Shown: positions 46,224 through 56,206, numbered from the stretch's first letter. The stretch is DNA of 64,000 nucleotides from Acidimicrobiia bacterium (GCA_022826045.1 JAJDVQ010000048.1:2998-66997), one strand, 5' to 3'. A program made the numbers and translations. Notes: generated by a model not told the origin, from the letters alone.

Positions 46224-47135
46224 TCAGCCGGTCTCGGCCCGGATGCGTTCGAGAATCTCGCCCAGCCGGTCGATCATGGCATCGACCGAGCGGGCACCGG
46301 CCTGGAAGATGGCCGTGACATTCACCGAGGCCCAGTCGAATCCCAGCGCCTTGACCACGGCGGCCCGCTCGCCGATGGCGTCCAAGTCCTTGTAGAAGCC
46401 TTTGTCGGCATCGGAGCGGGGCGGCGGGGCGAGCATGAGCTGCATGCCGATGGAGTCGGGATCGCGGCCGAAGTCCTCCTCGGCCCGGCGGCGGATCTCC
46501 GTCATGCATTCCAGCGCCCGTTCGTCGCTGACGCCCGACGCCATCCAGCCGTCGCCCTTCTGGGCGGTGCGTCGCAGCGCGGCGCGGCTGTCGCCGCCGA
46601 TCCACAGCGGGATGCCGGCGCCCTGGGGCGACACGGGCTCCATGCCCATGTCGTGGCTGTTGTAGTGCTCGCCGGAGTACTCGATCCGTCCGCCTGCCCA
46701 GTAGGTGCGCATGAGGTCGATGGCCTCGTCCATGCGCTTGCCCCGGGTGCCGAAATCCTCTTCGAGAGCGTCGTACTCGGAGTCCTGCCAGCCCACGCCG
46801 ATGCCGAGACGCACCCGGCCGCCCGACAGCGTGTCCAGCGTGGAGATCTGCTTGGCCACCAGCACGGGCTGGCGCTGGGGCAGCACCAGCACCTCGGTCG
46901 AAAGCGACACCCGCTCGGTCACCGCGGCCACGTTCGCGAGCAGCATCAGCGCTTCGAGAATCGGCATGTTGGCGGGGTAGATCGTGAAGCGGCCCTCGCC
47001 AGGGTGCCCCATCACCACGTGGTCGAACGCGGCAATCTCGTCGTAGCCCAGATCCTCGATGGCCTTGGCCAGGTCGAGCACACGCTGAGGTCCTTCCCGG
47101 AACGCAATGGACGGGAAGTCGACGGCGATCTTCAT
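46224..47135 (-). CDS. LLM-class (luciferase-like) F420-dependent oxidoreductase
   Basis: MKIAVDFPSIAFREGPQRVLDLAKAIEDLGYDEIAAFDHVVMG...SGGRVRLGIGVGWQ... Confidence 0.85.
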   Translation of the reverse strand: MKIAVDFPSIAFREGPQRVLDLAKAIEDLGYDEIAAFDHVVMGHPGEGRFTIYPANMPILEALMLLANVAAVTERVSLSTEVLVLPQRQPVLVAKQISTLDTLSGGRVRLGIGVGWQDSEYDALEEDFGTRGKRMDEAIDLMRTYWAGGRIEYSGEHYNSHDMGMEPVSPQGAGIPLWIGGDSRAALRRTAQKGDGWMASGVSDERALECMTEIRRRAEEDFGRDPDSIGMQLMLAPPPRSDADKGFYKDLDAIGERAAVVKALGFDWASVNVTAIFQAGARSVDAMIDRLGEILERIRAETG

Positions 47136-47149
47136 GCGTGAACCCTCTC

Positions 47150-47593
47150 CTACGTCGTGGGCAGGCGGACCCTAGCTGTCGCCGGCATGAGCAGTCTCCC
47201 GTCGGAGGTGTGCTCGGCGATCTCCAGCTCGACGACCCCCGTCTCGGCGTCGACGGATGTCACCGTGCCCGAGAACACCAGCTCCTCGCCTGGAAGGCCG
47301 CTGGCGCGGTTCTGCCATGTGACGCCCAGCAGCCGGGCGGCAGGGCCCGCCCAGTCCGTCACGAACTGCGTGAGCCACGCGCCCTGCAGCGGGCCGTGCA
47401 CGATGATGTCATCGTGCCCCTCGAAGCGGGCGTACTCGCGGTCGTAGTGGATCCGGTGCGGGTTGTGGCTGGCCGCGCTGTACAGGAAGAGCTGCGCCTC
47501 GTCGGGGAACTTGTGCATTGGCGGCAGTTGCTGGCCGGCCTCGAGCGTCTCGAGGTCCGGCGCTGCGGCGGCTGTGTCGGTGTCAGTGCTCAT
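47150..47593 (-). CDS. MaoC-like (R)-hydratase hot-dog protein
   Basis: ...FLYSAASHNPHRIHYDREYARFEGHDDIIVHGPLQGAWL...; trimmed to ATG at 47593; ATGA overlap with the upstream gene. Confidence 0.8.
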   Translation of the reverse strand: MSTDTDTAAAAPDLETLEAGQQLPPMHKFPDEAQLFLYSAASHNPHRIHYDREYARFEGHDDIIVHGPLQGAWLTQFVTDWAGPAARLLGVTWQNRASGLPGEELVFSGTVTSVDAETGVVELEIAEHTSDGRLLMPATARVRLPTT

Positions 47594-48081
47594 CGTGCGA
47601 TGCCGATCATGCGGGAACGGGCGACCTCGTCGCCGAATTGGTTGACGAAGGTGGTCTCGCGCACCTGCCGGACGAAGGGCCCCTTGCGGCCCTCCTTCTG
47701 GTCGACTGCGGCAAGCCGGACGGTGGCCGTGATCTCGTCGCCGACGCAGACGGGTTCGAGAAAGTCCCATTCCTCGCCGCCGAACATCACCCGGTCGACC
47801 CGCAGCCGGATCCGGGTGCCCTCGCGGTACAGGCCGTCGGTGCGCAGGTCCGCTGCCGTTCTCGGCTGCACCACTGCGTGGGCGACGTAGGTGGGCGGCG
47901 CAACCAGCGTCCGGTACCCGGCCGCCTGGGCCGCGACCTCATCGAAGTAGATGGGGTTCTCGTCGCCGACGGCGTATGCGTAGCGCTGTGCCTCCCGCCG
48001 GTCGATGACGGTGGTGACCGGTCCCGACAGCACTTCGCCGACGCGCTCCAGCGTCTCGGCCGGAATCAGCGACTCGCTCAT
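47590..48081 (-). CDS. MaoC-family dehydratase N-terminal-type hot-dog protein (HadA/HadB-like partner)
   Basis: ...REAQRYAYAVGDENPIYFDEVAAQAAGYRTLVAPPTY... Confidence 0.75.
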   Translation of the reverse strand: MSESLIPAETLERVGEVLSGPVTTVIDRREAQRYAYAVGDENPIYFDEVAAQAAGYRTLVAPPTYVAHAVVQPRTAADLRTDGLYREGTRIRLRVDRVMFGGEEWDFLEPVCVGDEITATVRLAAVDQKEGRKGPFVRQVRETTFVNQFGDEVARSRMIGIAR

Positions 48082-48131
48082 TGCACTGACATTACGTCGC
48101 TAGCGTCTATGGCACAGCAGGAGGAAACACC

Positions 48132-48785
48132 GTGGCGTTGTGGTCGAGGAAGCTGGAGATTCCGGAAGCCGACGCCGCGCTGCCCGGTCGCAGCCAGACG
48201 ATGCCGGTCGCTCCGGCGCATGTCGTGCTCGGAACGTCGATGACGCCGCCGTTCCCCGAAGGCTTCAAGCACGTCGTGGTCGGCATGGGCTGTTTCTGGG
48301 GAGTGGAGCGCATCTTCTGGCAGCTGCCCGGCGTGTACACGACGGCGGTGGGCTACGCGGGCGGCCACACGCCGAACCCCAGCTACGAAGAGGTGTGCTC
48401 GGGGCTGACCGGGCACAATGAAGTGGCCCTCGTGGTTTTCGATCCAGCCGTCACGAGCTTCGACGCCATGCTGAAGGCCTTCTGGGAGGGCCACGATCCC
48501 ACCCAGGGCATGCGGCAGGGCAACGACATCGGCACGCAGTACCGATCGGGCATCTACGTCGCGGATGAGGCCGAGCTGGCGATCGCCGAGTCGTCGCGAG
48601 ACATGTTCCAGGCTGTGCTCGACGACGCCGGCCTGAGCCGCATCACCACCGAGATCTGCCTGGCCGGGCGCTTCTACTACGCCGAGGACTACCACCAGCA
48701 GTACCTGCACAAGATCCCGTGGGGCTACTGCGGCCTGGGCAGCACCGGCCAGACCTGTCCCGTCGGGGTCGCCGCCGCCGACTGA
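48132..48785 (+). CDS. msrA: Peptide-methionine (S)-S-oxide reductase
   Basis: [58 protein letters not shown]... Confidence 0.95.
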   Translation: MALWSRKLEIPEADAALPGRSQTMPVAPAHVVLGTSMTPPFPEGFKHVVVGMGCFWGVERIFWQLPGVYTTAVGYAGGHTPNPSYEEVCSGLTGHNEVALVVFDPAVTSFDAMLKAFWEGHDPTQGMRQGNDIGTQYRSGIYVADEAELAIAESSRDMFQAVLDDAGLSRITTEICLAGRFYYAEDYHQQYLHKIPWGYCGLGSTGQTCPVGVAAAD

Positions 48786-48812
48786 GCTGCGTCCCCTCGG
48801 CGTCCTGGCGAA

Positions 48813-49832
48813 TCAGGCGAACGCGTCGGCGAACGCCGTGACCGTTGCGTCAGTAACTGCTCGCCTGTCATCTCCCCACGGCAGCGGCATGAGCACGGGG
48901 TGCTCCACGCCGGCATCGACATATGCACGGGCAAAGGCACCGATCTCGGCGGGTGTGCCGATGAAGTCGATGGCCTGGATCATCTCGTCCGAGATCGCCG
49001 CGAGCGCGCCGTCGCGGTCCCGCTCGGACTGGCGGTCGCGTGCCTCGTCCACCTCGTCGCCGAAGCCCGCCGCCCGGAAGGCGTTGGCGTAGCCATCGGC
49101 CATCACGTAGTTGAGCAAGTCCCGCCGGGCCGAGCGTGCAGAGCGCTCCAGCTCGCCGGCGGCCGCGTGGACGTAGCAGATGATCTGCGCGTCGCCTCCC
49201 GCACGCACCTCAGCCACCGCTGCGGGCACGTGGGAGGCAGGCATGTAGTTGAGCAGGACCCCGTCGGCGATCTCGCCCGCCAGCCGCAGCATCTGGGGGT
49301 TCAGCGCCGCCAGCACGATCTTGGGCCGGCGGTCGCCCAGCCTCACGGCCAGCCGGAACCGGTGCACCTGCCAGAAATCGCCTTCGAAGGTCACTGCCTC
49401 ACCGCTCAGGCACTCTCGCAGCAGTGCCACGTACTCGCGCATCATGGCGATCGGGCGATCCGGGGGCGGCTCGCCGTGCTGGCGCAGAATGCCCGGCGCC
49501 GACACGCCCAGCCCGACGAGCACGTCACGGTCCGGGCGCATCCATTGCAGCGTTGCAGCAGTCATGGCGGCGAGCGGCGGGGTTCGCAGTTGGATCGGGA
49601 TGATCCCGGTAGCCAGATCGAGCTCGGGCGCCGCATGGCTGATGGCGCCGAGCGTCGAGAACGCGTCGGTTCCGGTGGCTTCGACCGTCCAGACAGATGA
49701 GTAGCCCTGAGCCTGCGCGGCCTGGGCGACGCCGATGATCGCGTCCGGGCCCAGCACGCCCAGGCTGCCGACGGTCAAGCCGATGGAGGGACGCCCGTGC
49801 CCATGTGACGCGCGAGATGCAGTCGTGCTCAT
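48813..49832 (-). CDS. LLM-class flavin/F420-dependent oxidoreductase
   Basis: MSTTASRASHGHGRPSIGLTVGSLGVLGPDAIIGVAQAAQAQGYSSVWTVEATGTDAF... Trimmed from the 421-aa track ORF to ATG at 49832. Confidence 0.8.
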   Translation of the reverse strand: MSTTASRASHGHGRPSIGLTVGSLGVLGPDAIIGVAQAAQAQGYSSVWTVEATGTDAFSTLGAISHAAPELDLATGIIPIQLRTPPLAAMTAATLQWMRPDRDVLVGLGVSAPGILRQHGEPPPDRPIAMMREYVALLRECLSGEAVTFEGDFWQVHRFRLAVRLGDRRPKIVLAALNPQMLRLAGEIADGVLLNYMPASHVPAAVAEVRAGGDAQIICYVHAAAGELERSARSARRDLLNYVMADGYANAFRAAGFGDEVDEARDRQSERDRDGALAAISDEMIQAIDFIGTPAEIGAFARAYVDAGVEHPVLMPLPWGDDRRAVTDATVTAFADAFA

Positions 49833-49845
49833 GACGGCGCACCGT

Positions 49846-49872
49846 ATCCAACCGCAATGGGATCCAACCGCA
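49846..49872. repeat. Direct repeat ATCCAACCGCA x2 separated by 5 nt
   Basis: Read directly (49846-49856 and 49862-49872) in the divergent intergenic region between the LLM oxidoreductase and the small plus-strand ORF. Confidence 0.7.
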
Positions 49873-50031
49873 GGACAGGAGCGCGTCGGCAGCAGGCGGC
49901 GCGTCAGAGATCTCCCGCTGGCCCTGACGGGTTGGTGAACTGACGGTGACGAACCGCGAGTGCGAGATAGGGTGAGCAGCACAACCGGCAACGTCGCCTG
50001 CAGAGGCGCCGAGCGCGGCGAGGGAGCACCG

Positions 50032-50256
50032 ATGACCGAGACCACCGAACCGACTCGGACGGCTGAGCCCCAGATCATCTCCGATGCGCTCGAAGTGATC
50101 GATCACGCACTGGGCGACTTCTTCAGCCGCGAGCTGGTCTCCTCAGTCGAGGTCACCGACGTGCTGCTTGATGTGCGCACGCTGCTGCGCCGCGGCGACG
50201 AAGCCGCAGCGGCGCCCGTCACCGCCAAGGGCGACCAGGACGTCGCCCGGGCCTGA
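50032..50256 (+). CDS. Small acidic hypothetical protein (74 aa)
   Basis: GGGAG upstream of the ATG. MTETTEPTRTAEPQIISDALEVIDHALGDFFSRELVSSVEVTDVLLDVRTLL... High G+C third positions. Confidence 0.5.
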   Translation: MTETTEPTRTAEPQIISDALEVIDHALGDFFSRELVSSVEVTDVLLDVRTLLRRGDEAAAAPVTAKGDQDVARA

Positions 50257-50258
50257 AT

Positions 50259-50789
50259 TCAGCGCCGCATCAGGCGGGCGGCGATACGGCCGATTGCCTC
50301 GCCGAGCGCTGCTCCCGCAATGACATCGCTGGCGTGGTGCAGCCGCACATGGATGCGCGAGACAGCCACGATGACCGCTGCGAGCCGGTACAGCGGTCCG
50401 AGCCGGGAACCGCGCGAGAGCACCGCGGCTGCGCAGAACGCAGCCGACGCGTGGCCCGAGGGAAAGCTCGACGAGATCGGCTGGCGCAGCCGGTGCTGGG
50501 TCGGGTTCTCCGCCGCCGTGCCCGGCCGGTGCCGGCCGAAGAGTCGTTTGACGCCCTGATTCACAATCAGCGACTCCAGCGCCATGAGCGCGCTGAAGCG
50601 AAGCGCATCGGATGCCTCCCGCCGCGGTGCGAGTGCTCGGATGGCGCCCAGCACATGCCAGATCTGGCTGAATTCGCCGACATCGGAAGCGCCGTACATG
50701 ACGCGATCGACCAGCTTGCGCCCTCGCAGGATCTCCCACCAGCGGTCGACGGCTTCGTCCCATCCCGCTATCCGCCGTGCCGCAGACAT
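50259..50789 (-). CDS. PAP2-family phosphatase
   Basis: ...SFPSGHASAAFCAAAVL...RIHVRLHHASDVIAGAALG (PAP2 motifs C2/C3). Confidence 0.8.
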   Translation of the reverse strand: MSAARRIAGWDEAVDRWWEILRGRKLVDRVMYGASDVGEFSQIWHVLGAIRALAPRREASDALRFSALMALESLIVNQGVKRLFGRHRPGTAAENPTQHRLRQPISSSFPSGHASAAFCAAAVLSRGSRLGPLYRLAAVIVAVSRIHVRLHHASDVIAGAALGEAIGRIAARLMRR

Positions 50790-51235
50790 CAGCCAGAACC
50801 CGGAGCGGTGATCGGCGGTGCTGTCGTCGTCGGCAGCAGCGGCGGCAGCACCGGATCGGTAGCCGGCGCGATGGTGAGCAGCGGCCCGGCATCGGGATCC
50901 GGCGGCGGGGGAATCAGCAGGATCTGTCCCACGAAGATCATCGTCGGATCGGCGATGTTGTTGACCCGCACGAGGTCATTCAGGTGGATGCCGTGCCGAT
51001 CGGCGATCTGGATGAGCGTGTCGCCCCGCACCACCGTGTACGGCGTCAGCAGCTCGGGCGCGGTCGTGGACGTCGTGGGTGCCGCGGTCGGCGGCACCGT
51101 GGACGCAGCGGCCTGCGTACGCGACTCCTGATCCAGCAGCGAGCAGCCTCCCGACAACCCGGCGGCAGCGGCACCCAGCGCGATCACCGCCACGCCCCTG
51201 CACCGGTTTCGAACAAGCGCACGTGCCGCCGTCAC
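50789..51235 (-). CDS. LysM-domain lipoprotein (copy 2)
   Basis: GTG start overlapping the upstream stop. VTAARALVRNRCRGVAVIALGAAAAGLSGGCS (lipobox). LysM: YTVVRGDTLIQIADRHGIHLNDLVRVNNIADPTMIFVGQILLIPP. Pro/Thr-rich flanks. Start uncertain. Confidence 0.7.
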   Translation of the reverse strand: MTAARALVRNRCRGVAVIALGAAAAGLSGGCSLLDQESRTQAAASTVPPTAAPTTSTTAPELLTPYTVVRGDTLIQIADRHGIHLNDLVRVNNIADPTMIFVGQILLIPPPPDPDAGPLLTIAPATDPVLPPLLPTTTAPPITAPGSG

Positions 51236-51585
51236 TGCGAATTGTCGGCGCCGACAACCGTCGGCGGAATGACGAGCTGCTCGCCGATGCGCAGCAGCGT
51301 GTCCTCCTTGCCGTTCTCTTCCATGAGCGCCTGCACGGTCACGTCGAATCCGTTCGCGATCTTGCTGAGCGTGTCGCCGGGCTGGACGACATAGATGCGG
51401 CGCTGCGGAGGCGGCGGGGCGATGGTCGTGGTCGTGAGCTGGGGCCGCAGCGTGGTCAGCACGGGAAGCGTCGTCGGGATCGGCTCGGCTTCGGGCTCGC
51501 TGGCGCACCCCACCGCACCCACTGCGGCGACGCACAGCACCGTGACTGCGCACGCAGCAGCTGCCACGGCACGCACCCGGCACAT
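51232..51585 (-). CDS. LysM-domain lipoprotein (copy 1)
   Basis: MCRVRAVAAAACAVTVLCVAAVGAVGCAS (lipobox). LysM: YVVQPGDTLSKIANGFDVTVQALMEENGKEDTLLRIGEQLVIPP. Confidence 0.8.
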   Translation of the reverse strand: MCRVRAVAAAACAVTVLCVAAVGAVGCASEPEAEPIPTTLPVLTTLRPQLTTTTIAPPPPQRRIYVVQPGDTLSKIANGFDVTVQALMEENGKEDTLLRIGEQLVIPPTVVGADNSQ

Positions 51586-51588
51586 ACC

Positions 51589-52590
51589 TCAGCCCGCCCG
51601 TACGGGCGCTGTGCTCAACTGCTGTGGCCAGCCTGCCGGATCGAGACGCGCTGTCGGATCGTCGGCAAGGAAGGGCTGCGGCTCGTCATCGCTCACAGTC
51701 AGCAGCTCGGCGCCGCTCGGAGTCACCACAACGGTGTGCTCGAACTGGGCTGTGCGGCTGCGGTCGGCAGTCGCCGCGGTCCAGCCGTCAGGCCACATCC
51801 GGGCGCGCGGCAGGCCCATGGTGATCATCGGTTCCACCGTGAAGGTCATGCCCTCGACCAACTCGGTGCGTGCAGCAGGGTCGTAGTAGTGGGGAATGTT
51901 GGGGAGCCGGTGGAAGATCTGCCCGATTCCGTGACCGACGAACTCGCGCACCACGCCGTAGCCCTCTGCCTCGGCGCGGGCCTGGATGGCTCTGCCGATA
52001 TCGCACACCAATGCACCGGGCCGCACGGCCGCGATGCCGTGGTACATCGACTCGCGCGTCACCTCGACCAGCCGCCGGGAGGGCGCGTCTACATCGCCGA
52101 CCAGGAAGGTCTCGGAGTGGTCGCCGTGAACGCCGCCGACGAAGATCGTCACGTCGCAGTTGACGATGTCGCCGTCGCGCAGCGACCGGTTGTCGGGAAT
52201 GCCGTGGCAGATGATCTCGTTGACCGATGTGCACAGCGACTTGGGAAACCCGTTGTAGTTCAGCGGGCTCGGGTAGCCGCCTTCAGCTATGCAGGTCTCG
52301 TGGCAGACCTCGTCGAGATGATCGCTGGTGACGCCCGGTGCGATCTCTGCTGCCACTGCACCCAGAACGCGCCGCGCAGCCGAGCCTGCCAGCCGCATGG
52401 CCTCGATGGTGGATTGGTCGGAGGGCGCCACGCCGCTCGGGGCCGGAGAGGCCTGGCCGCTGCGCGCGTAGGGCGGCAACTCGATGTCCGCAGGCACTGC
52501 CCGCCGGGGCGAGACCATGCCGGCGACCACCGGCTCGAAGCCGGGAGGCTTCATGCGCGCTGCCGGCACTCGACGCTTGCGCCTGCCCAT
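51589..52590 (-). CDS. map: Type I methionine aminopeptidase with N-terminal extension
   Basis: ...SVNEIICHGIPDNRSLRDGDIVNCDVT...GVHGDHSETF...VGHGIG...FTVEPMI... Several possible starts (52590, 52554, 52518). Confidence 0.9.
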   Translation of the reverse strand: MGRRKRRVPAARMKPPGFEPVVAGMVSPRRAVPADIELPPYARSGQASPAPSGVAPSDQSTIEAMRLAGSAARRVLGAVAAEIAPGVTSDHLDEVCHETCIAEGGYPSPLNYNGFPKSLCTSVNEIICHGIPDNRSLRDGDIVNCDVTIFVGGVHGDHSETFLVGDVDAPSRRLVEVTRESMYHGIAAVRPGALVCDIGRAIQARAEAEGYGVVREFVGHGIGQIFHRLPNIPHYYDPAARTELVEGMTFTVEPMITMGLPRARMWPDGWTAATADRSRTAQFEHTVVVTPSGAELLTVSDDEPQPFLADDPTARLDPAGWPQQLSTAPVRAG

Positions 52591-52654
52591 CGTGTTCACG
52601 CTACCCGTGAGCCGTGGGCTCTTCGTTGTCGAGCCGCCCGCGGAGCGGGTGCGC

Positions 52655-53899
52655 TCAATCGGAGTCGTCGAGCTCCGCGAGCACCTGGTCGTTGTGCTCG
52701 CCCAGCTTGGGCGCCCGCCGGTAGATGCCCGGCGGCGTCGCACTCATGCGGATCGGCGGGGCAATCTGCACGATCGGCCGACCGACCGGCTGCTCGACTG
52801 CCACAAGCATGTCCCGGGCCGCCACATGAGGATCGCTGAACAGGTCGCCGGGGTGGTTCACCGGCCCGCAGGGCACCTTGCCGCCGATGGCCGCGATGAC
52901 CTCCGTATTGGTGAGCGTTGCGGCCCACTCGGTCAATGCCGTGATGATCTCCTCGCGATGGTGATATCGCGCCCGCAAGGTGCGGGTCTCTTCTGCGGTG
53001 GCCCACTCGGGTCGGCCTATCGCGACCGTCAGCTCGCGCCAGTGGTTGTCGGTGGGGGCGCCGATGGCAATGGCCCCGTCGATGGTGTCGAAGATGTCGA
53101 AGGGCACGATGTGCTGGTTCTTGTTGCCGCTGGGTGGCGTATCGGGCTGGCCCAGCACGCTGTAACGGGTGACGCCGACCTCGCTGAGGGCCATCACGGC
53201 GTCCACCATCGAGACGTCCACGAACTGCCCCTCGCCGGTCCGCTGCGCGTGGAACAGCGCAGCCAGCACTCCCATCGCGCCGATCGTGCCGGGGTAGGTG
53301 TCGCCGATGTAGGGACCCACGACGTGCCGGTCGTCAGGACCGCTGCCGGTGGCCGAGACCATGCCTGACATCGCCTGGGCCACGACGTCGTACGCCGGCC
53401 AGTCGACATAGGGGCTCTCGCCCGAGCGCGGATCGCCGAAGCCCCGGATGGCGCCGTACACGAGCCTGGGGTTGCGCTCGTGGAGCACCTCCCAGCCCAC
53501 TCCGAGCGCATCCATCACGCCCGCGCGCATGTTCTCGACCAGTGCATCCGCAGTGTCGACGAGCTGCAGGAACTGTTGGCGCTGGTCATCGTCGGTGAGG
53601 TCGAGAGCGACGCCTCGCTTGTTGCGGTTGTAGTTGGCGAACCCGGCGCCGAAGTTTCGTTCGGTGTCCTCGCGAGTGAACGGCGCCATCTTGCGGGCCA
53701 TCTCTCCCCGCGGCGGTTCCACCTTGATCACATCAGCCCCGAGGTCGGCGAGCATCATGGTCGACCACGGACCAGCCAGCGCGTGGGTGCAGTCGATGAT
53801 GCGGATGCCTTGCAGCGGACCGGTGTTCGAGGCTGCCATCGGCGCGACCCGCTCATGCGCGGTGAGATGGTCTTCGTCAGGGGGATCCAGCTTCGTCAT
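52655..53899 (-). CDS. Family III CoA-transferase (CaiB/BaiF-like)
   Basis: ...GPLQGIRIIDCTHALAGPWSTMMLADLGADVIKVEPPRG...NRNKRGVALDL... Trimmed to ATG at 53899 (alternative 53839). Confidence 0.85.
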   Translation of the reverse strand: MTKLDPPDEDHLTAHERVAPMAASNTGPLQGIRIIDCTHALAGPWSTMMLADLGADVIKVEPPRGEMARKMAPFTREDTERNFGAGFANYNRNKRGVALDLTDDDQRQQFLQLVDTADALVENMRAGVMDALGVGWEVLHERNPRLVYGAIRGFGDPRSGESPYVDWPAYDVVAQAMSGMVSATGSGPDDRHVVGPYIGDTYPGTIGAMGVLAALFHAQRTGEGQFVDVSMVDAVMALSEVGVTRYSVLGQPDTPPSGNKNQHIVPFDIFDTIDGAIAIGAPTDNHWRELTVAIGRPEWATAEETRTLRARYHHREEIITALTEWAATLTNTEVIAAIGGKVPCGPVNHPGDLFSDPHVAARDMLVAVEQPVGRPIVQIAPPIRMSATPPGIYRRAPKLGEHNDQVLAELDDSD

Positions 53900-53928
53900 G
53901 TCTTCGTCTCTTCGATCCTCTGCGAGGG

Positions 53929-54726
53929 TCAGGCGAAATTCGGGCGGCGCTTCTCGACGATCGCAGCGTGCCCCTCGCGCACGTCCGCGCCGGTGAAGCC
54001 CAGCATCTCGAGTGCAGCCGAGGTGTCGAAGATGGGTCCCGCCATCCGCATCCAGTTGTTGAGGCTGTACTTGGTCCAGCGGATGGCGCTCTGGCTGCCG
54101 TTGGCCAGCCTGCGGGCAACTGCAAAGGCCTCCTCGAGCACGGCATCGTCGTCGACCACCTTGCTGACGAGGCCCATGTCGTCGGCCTCTTCGCCGCTGA
54201 TCGTGTCGCAGGTCAGCAGGTAGTACTTCGACTTGGCCATCCCGCACAGGATCGGCCACACGATCGCTGCGTGGTCTCCTGCAGCGACGCCGAGCTTGGT
54301 GTGCCCGTCCACGATCCGGGCGCTGCGTCCGGCGATCGAGATGTCGGCCATCAGCGCTGCTGCCAGACCGGCCCCGACGGCGACGCCCTCGATCGCCGAC
54401 ACGATGATCTTGGAGCAGTTGATCATGTTGTAGACGATGTCCCGCGCCTCGCGCAGTGCCCGCTGGCGTGTCTCGAAGTCGTCCATGATCTCCTGGATCA
54501 TGTCCAGGTCTCCGCCGGCGGAAAAGGTGCCGTTCGCGCCGCGGATGACGGCCACCCGGGTGTCAGGATCGTCGTCCACCGCTCGCCAGACATCGGCCAG
54601 CGCCAGGTGCTTCGGCGCATCCACCGAATTCAGCCGTCCGGGCGTGTCGATCACGATCTCGAGCACGCCGTCCTCGTCGGGACCCACGATCTGAAGCGCT
54701 GAGTAAGGGGCGTAGCGGTCGTTCAT
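53929..54726 (-). CDS. Enoyl-CoA hydratase/isomerase (crotonase) family protein
   Basis: ...[20 protein letters not shown]...[22 protein letters not shown]... Confidence 0.9.
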   Translation of the reverse strand: MNDRYAPYSALQIVGPDEDGVLEIVIDTPGRLNSVDAPKHLALADVWRAVDDDPDTRVAVIRGANGTFSAGGDLDMIQEIMDDFETRQRALREARDIVYNMINCSKIIVSAIEGVAVGAGLAAALMADISIAGRSARIVDGHTKLGVAAGDHAAIVWPILCGMAKSKYYLLTCDTISGEEADDMGLVSKVVDDDAVLEEAFAVARRLANGSQSAIRWTKYSLNNWMRMAGPIFDTSAALEMLGFTGADVREGHAAIVEKRRPNFA

Positions 54727-54737
54727 GGAGGGTGACG

Positions 54738-55181
54738 CTAGTTCGGAGGGGCCTCAGCCGCCCGGGCCTCGGGGTCCGGCGCGCAGAGCTTCCGGTACGC
54801 AGATTCGATCTCGCCAGCCGGTGCGAAGATCCGCTCCCAAGGGTGCAGCAGCCTGTCGCGCCCGTAGCGCGGGATCACGTGGATATGGAAGTGAAACTGT
54901 GTCTGGTCGGCCGCAGCACCGTTGTTGTTGAGCAGGTTCACGCCCGCCGGCTTCAGCCGCTCGCGCGCCAGGCTCGCCACCCGGCGTGCTGCCTGCATCA
55001 CGTGCGCCGCATCGTCATCGGTGAGTTCCCAGACGTCGGTCACATGCCGCCGGGGGATGACCAGGCAGTGGCCGACGGTCATCGGCAGCCGGTCCATGAA
55101 CGCCACGGCGTAGTCGTCCTCGTAGAAGCGCAGTGCCGGGATCTCGCCCGCCGCGATCGCGCAGAACGTGCAGCCCGGCAT
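54738..55181 (-). CDS. HIT-family (histidine triad) protein
   Basis: [30 protein letters not shown]...[10 protein letters not shown]...[13 protein letters not shown] (HxHxHxx motif). Confidence 0.85.
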   Translation of the reverse strand: MPGCTFCAIAAGEIPALRFYEDDYAVAFMDRLPMTVGHCLVIPRRHVTDVWELTDDDAAHVMQAARRVASLARERLKPAGVNLLNNNGAAADQTQFHFHIHVIPRYGRDRLLHPWERIFAPAGEIESAYRKLCAPDPEARAAEAPPN

Positions 55182-55242
55182 CCGGTCCGCAGCCGGCTGA
55201 TCAGGGGCAGGGGAGTTCACTGGGATCGGCTCGGCCAGCCTG

Positions 55243-56202
55243 TCAGTGGTACCGGAGCTCGACGTGGTCGATGACGTGGTCGTGGCCCTTCGCGAGCACC
55301 AGGTCGGCCCGGGCTCGCGTGGGCAGGATGTTCTCCTGCAAGTTGACAAGGTTGATCGAGCGCCAGATGGTGCGGGCGACCGCGTCGGCCGCAGCCCGAG
55401 GCAGGTCCGCGAACTGGGCGAAGTAGGCCGACTGCTCGCGGAATACCGTCTTGCGCAGCTGCTGGAACCGCTCGACGTACCACTCCTCGAGATCCTCGGA
55501 CTCGGCGTCGACATAGATCGTGAAGTCGAAGAAATCCGAAACGAACGGCGTACTCGACGGCGGACCGGTCTGCAGCACGTTGAGGCCTTCGACGATGAGG
55601 ATGTCCGGCTGGTTGATGAGCTGAACCTCATCGGTCACGTCGTAGATGGTGTGCGAATAGACCGGAGCGGCGACATCTGGCTCCCCGCTGGAGATGCGCT
55701 GGAGAAAGTCGCGCAGCTCACCGCGCCGGTAGGACTCCGGGAAGCCCTTGCGACCGAGAATGCCGCGCAGCGTCAGCTCAGCGTTCGGCAGCAGGAACCC
55801 GTCAGTGGTGACCAGGTCCACCTCTGGATGCTCGGGCCAGGTGGCCAGGACGGCTTGGAGGATGCGCGCCGTCGTGCTCTTGCCGGCTGAGACGCTGCCG
55901 CCGATGCCGATCAGGTACGGCCGCGGCGGCAGCACCCTGCCGAAGAATCCCTCCGTCGTAGCGCGCAGCCGGCGCTTGGCGGCGACACGCAGGTTCAGCA
56001 GCCGCGACAGGGGCAGGTAGATGTCTCGGACCATGTCGAGCGTCACCGGCTCGACGAGGCCGGCCAGCGCCTCGAGCTCGTCCTCGGTCAACGCGAGGGG
56101 AGTGGCGTCGCGCAGCTTCGCCCACTGCTCGCGGGTGAACCGGCAATGCCGGTTGTCGATGCCCGGCTCGAAGCTCCGGTCGAGCGAAATTGCGTTCGTC
56201 AC
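55243..56202 (-). CDS. coaA: Type I pantothenate kinase
   Basis: ...[24 protein letters not shown]...[10 protein letters not shown]...GFPESY...; GTG at 56202 chosen (319 aa); the track ORF starts at 56274. Confidence 0.9.
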   Translation of the reverse strand: MTNAISLDRSFEPGIDNRHCRFTREQWAKLRDATPLALTEDELEALAGLVEPVTLDMVRDIYLPLSRLLNLRVAAKRRLRATTEGFFGRVLPPRPYLIGIGGSVSAGKSTTARILQAVLATWPEHPEVDLVTTDGFLLPNAELTLRGILGRKGFPESYRRGELRDFLQRISSGEPDVAAPVYSHTIYDVTDEVQLINQPDILIVEGLNVLQTGPPSSTPFVSDFFDFTIYVDAESEDLEEWYVERFQQLRKTVFREQSAYFAQFADLPRAAADAVARTIWRSINLVNLQENILPTRARADLVLAKGHDHVIDHVELRYH

Positions 56203-56206
56203 CCGC

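Noticed and set aside
51586-51588. c-di-AMP (ydaO-type) riboswitch upstream of the LysM genes
   Set aside because: Only about 3 nt separate the map stop from the LysM1 start, so no leader exists to hold a riboswitch.
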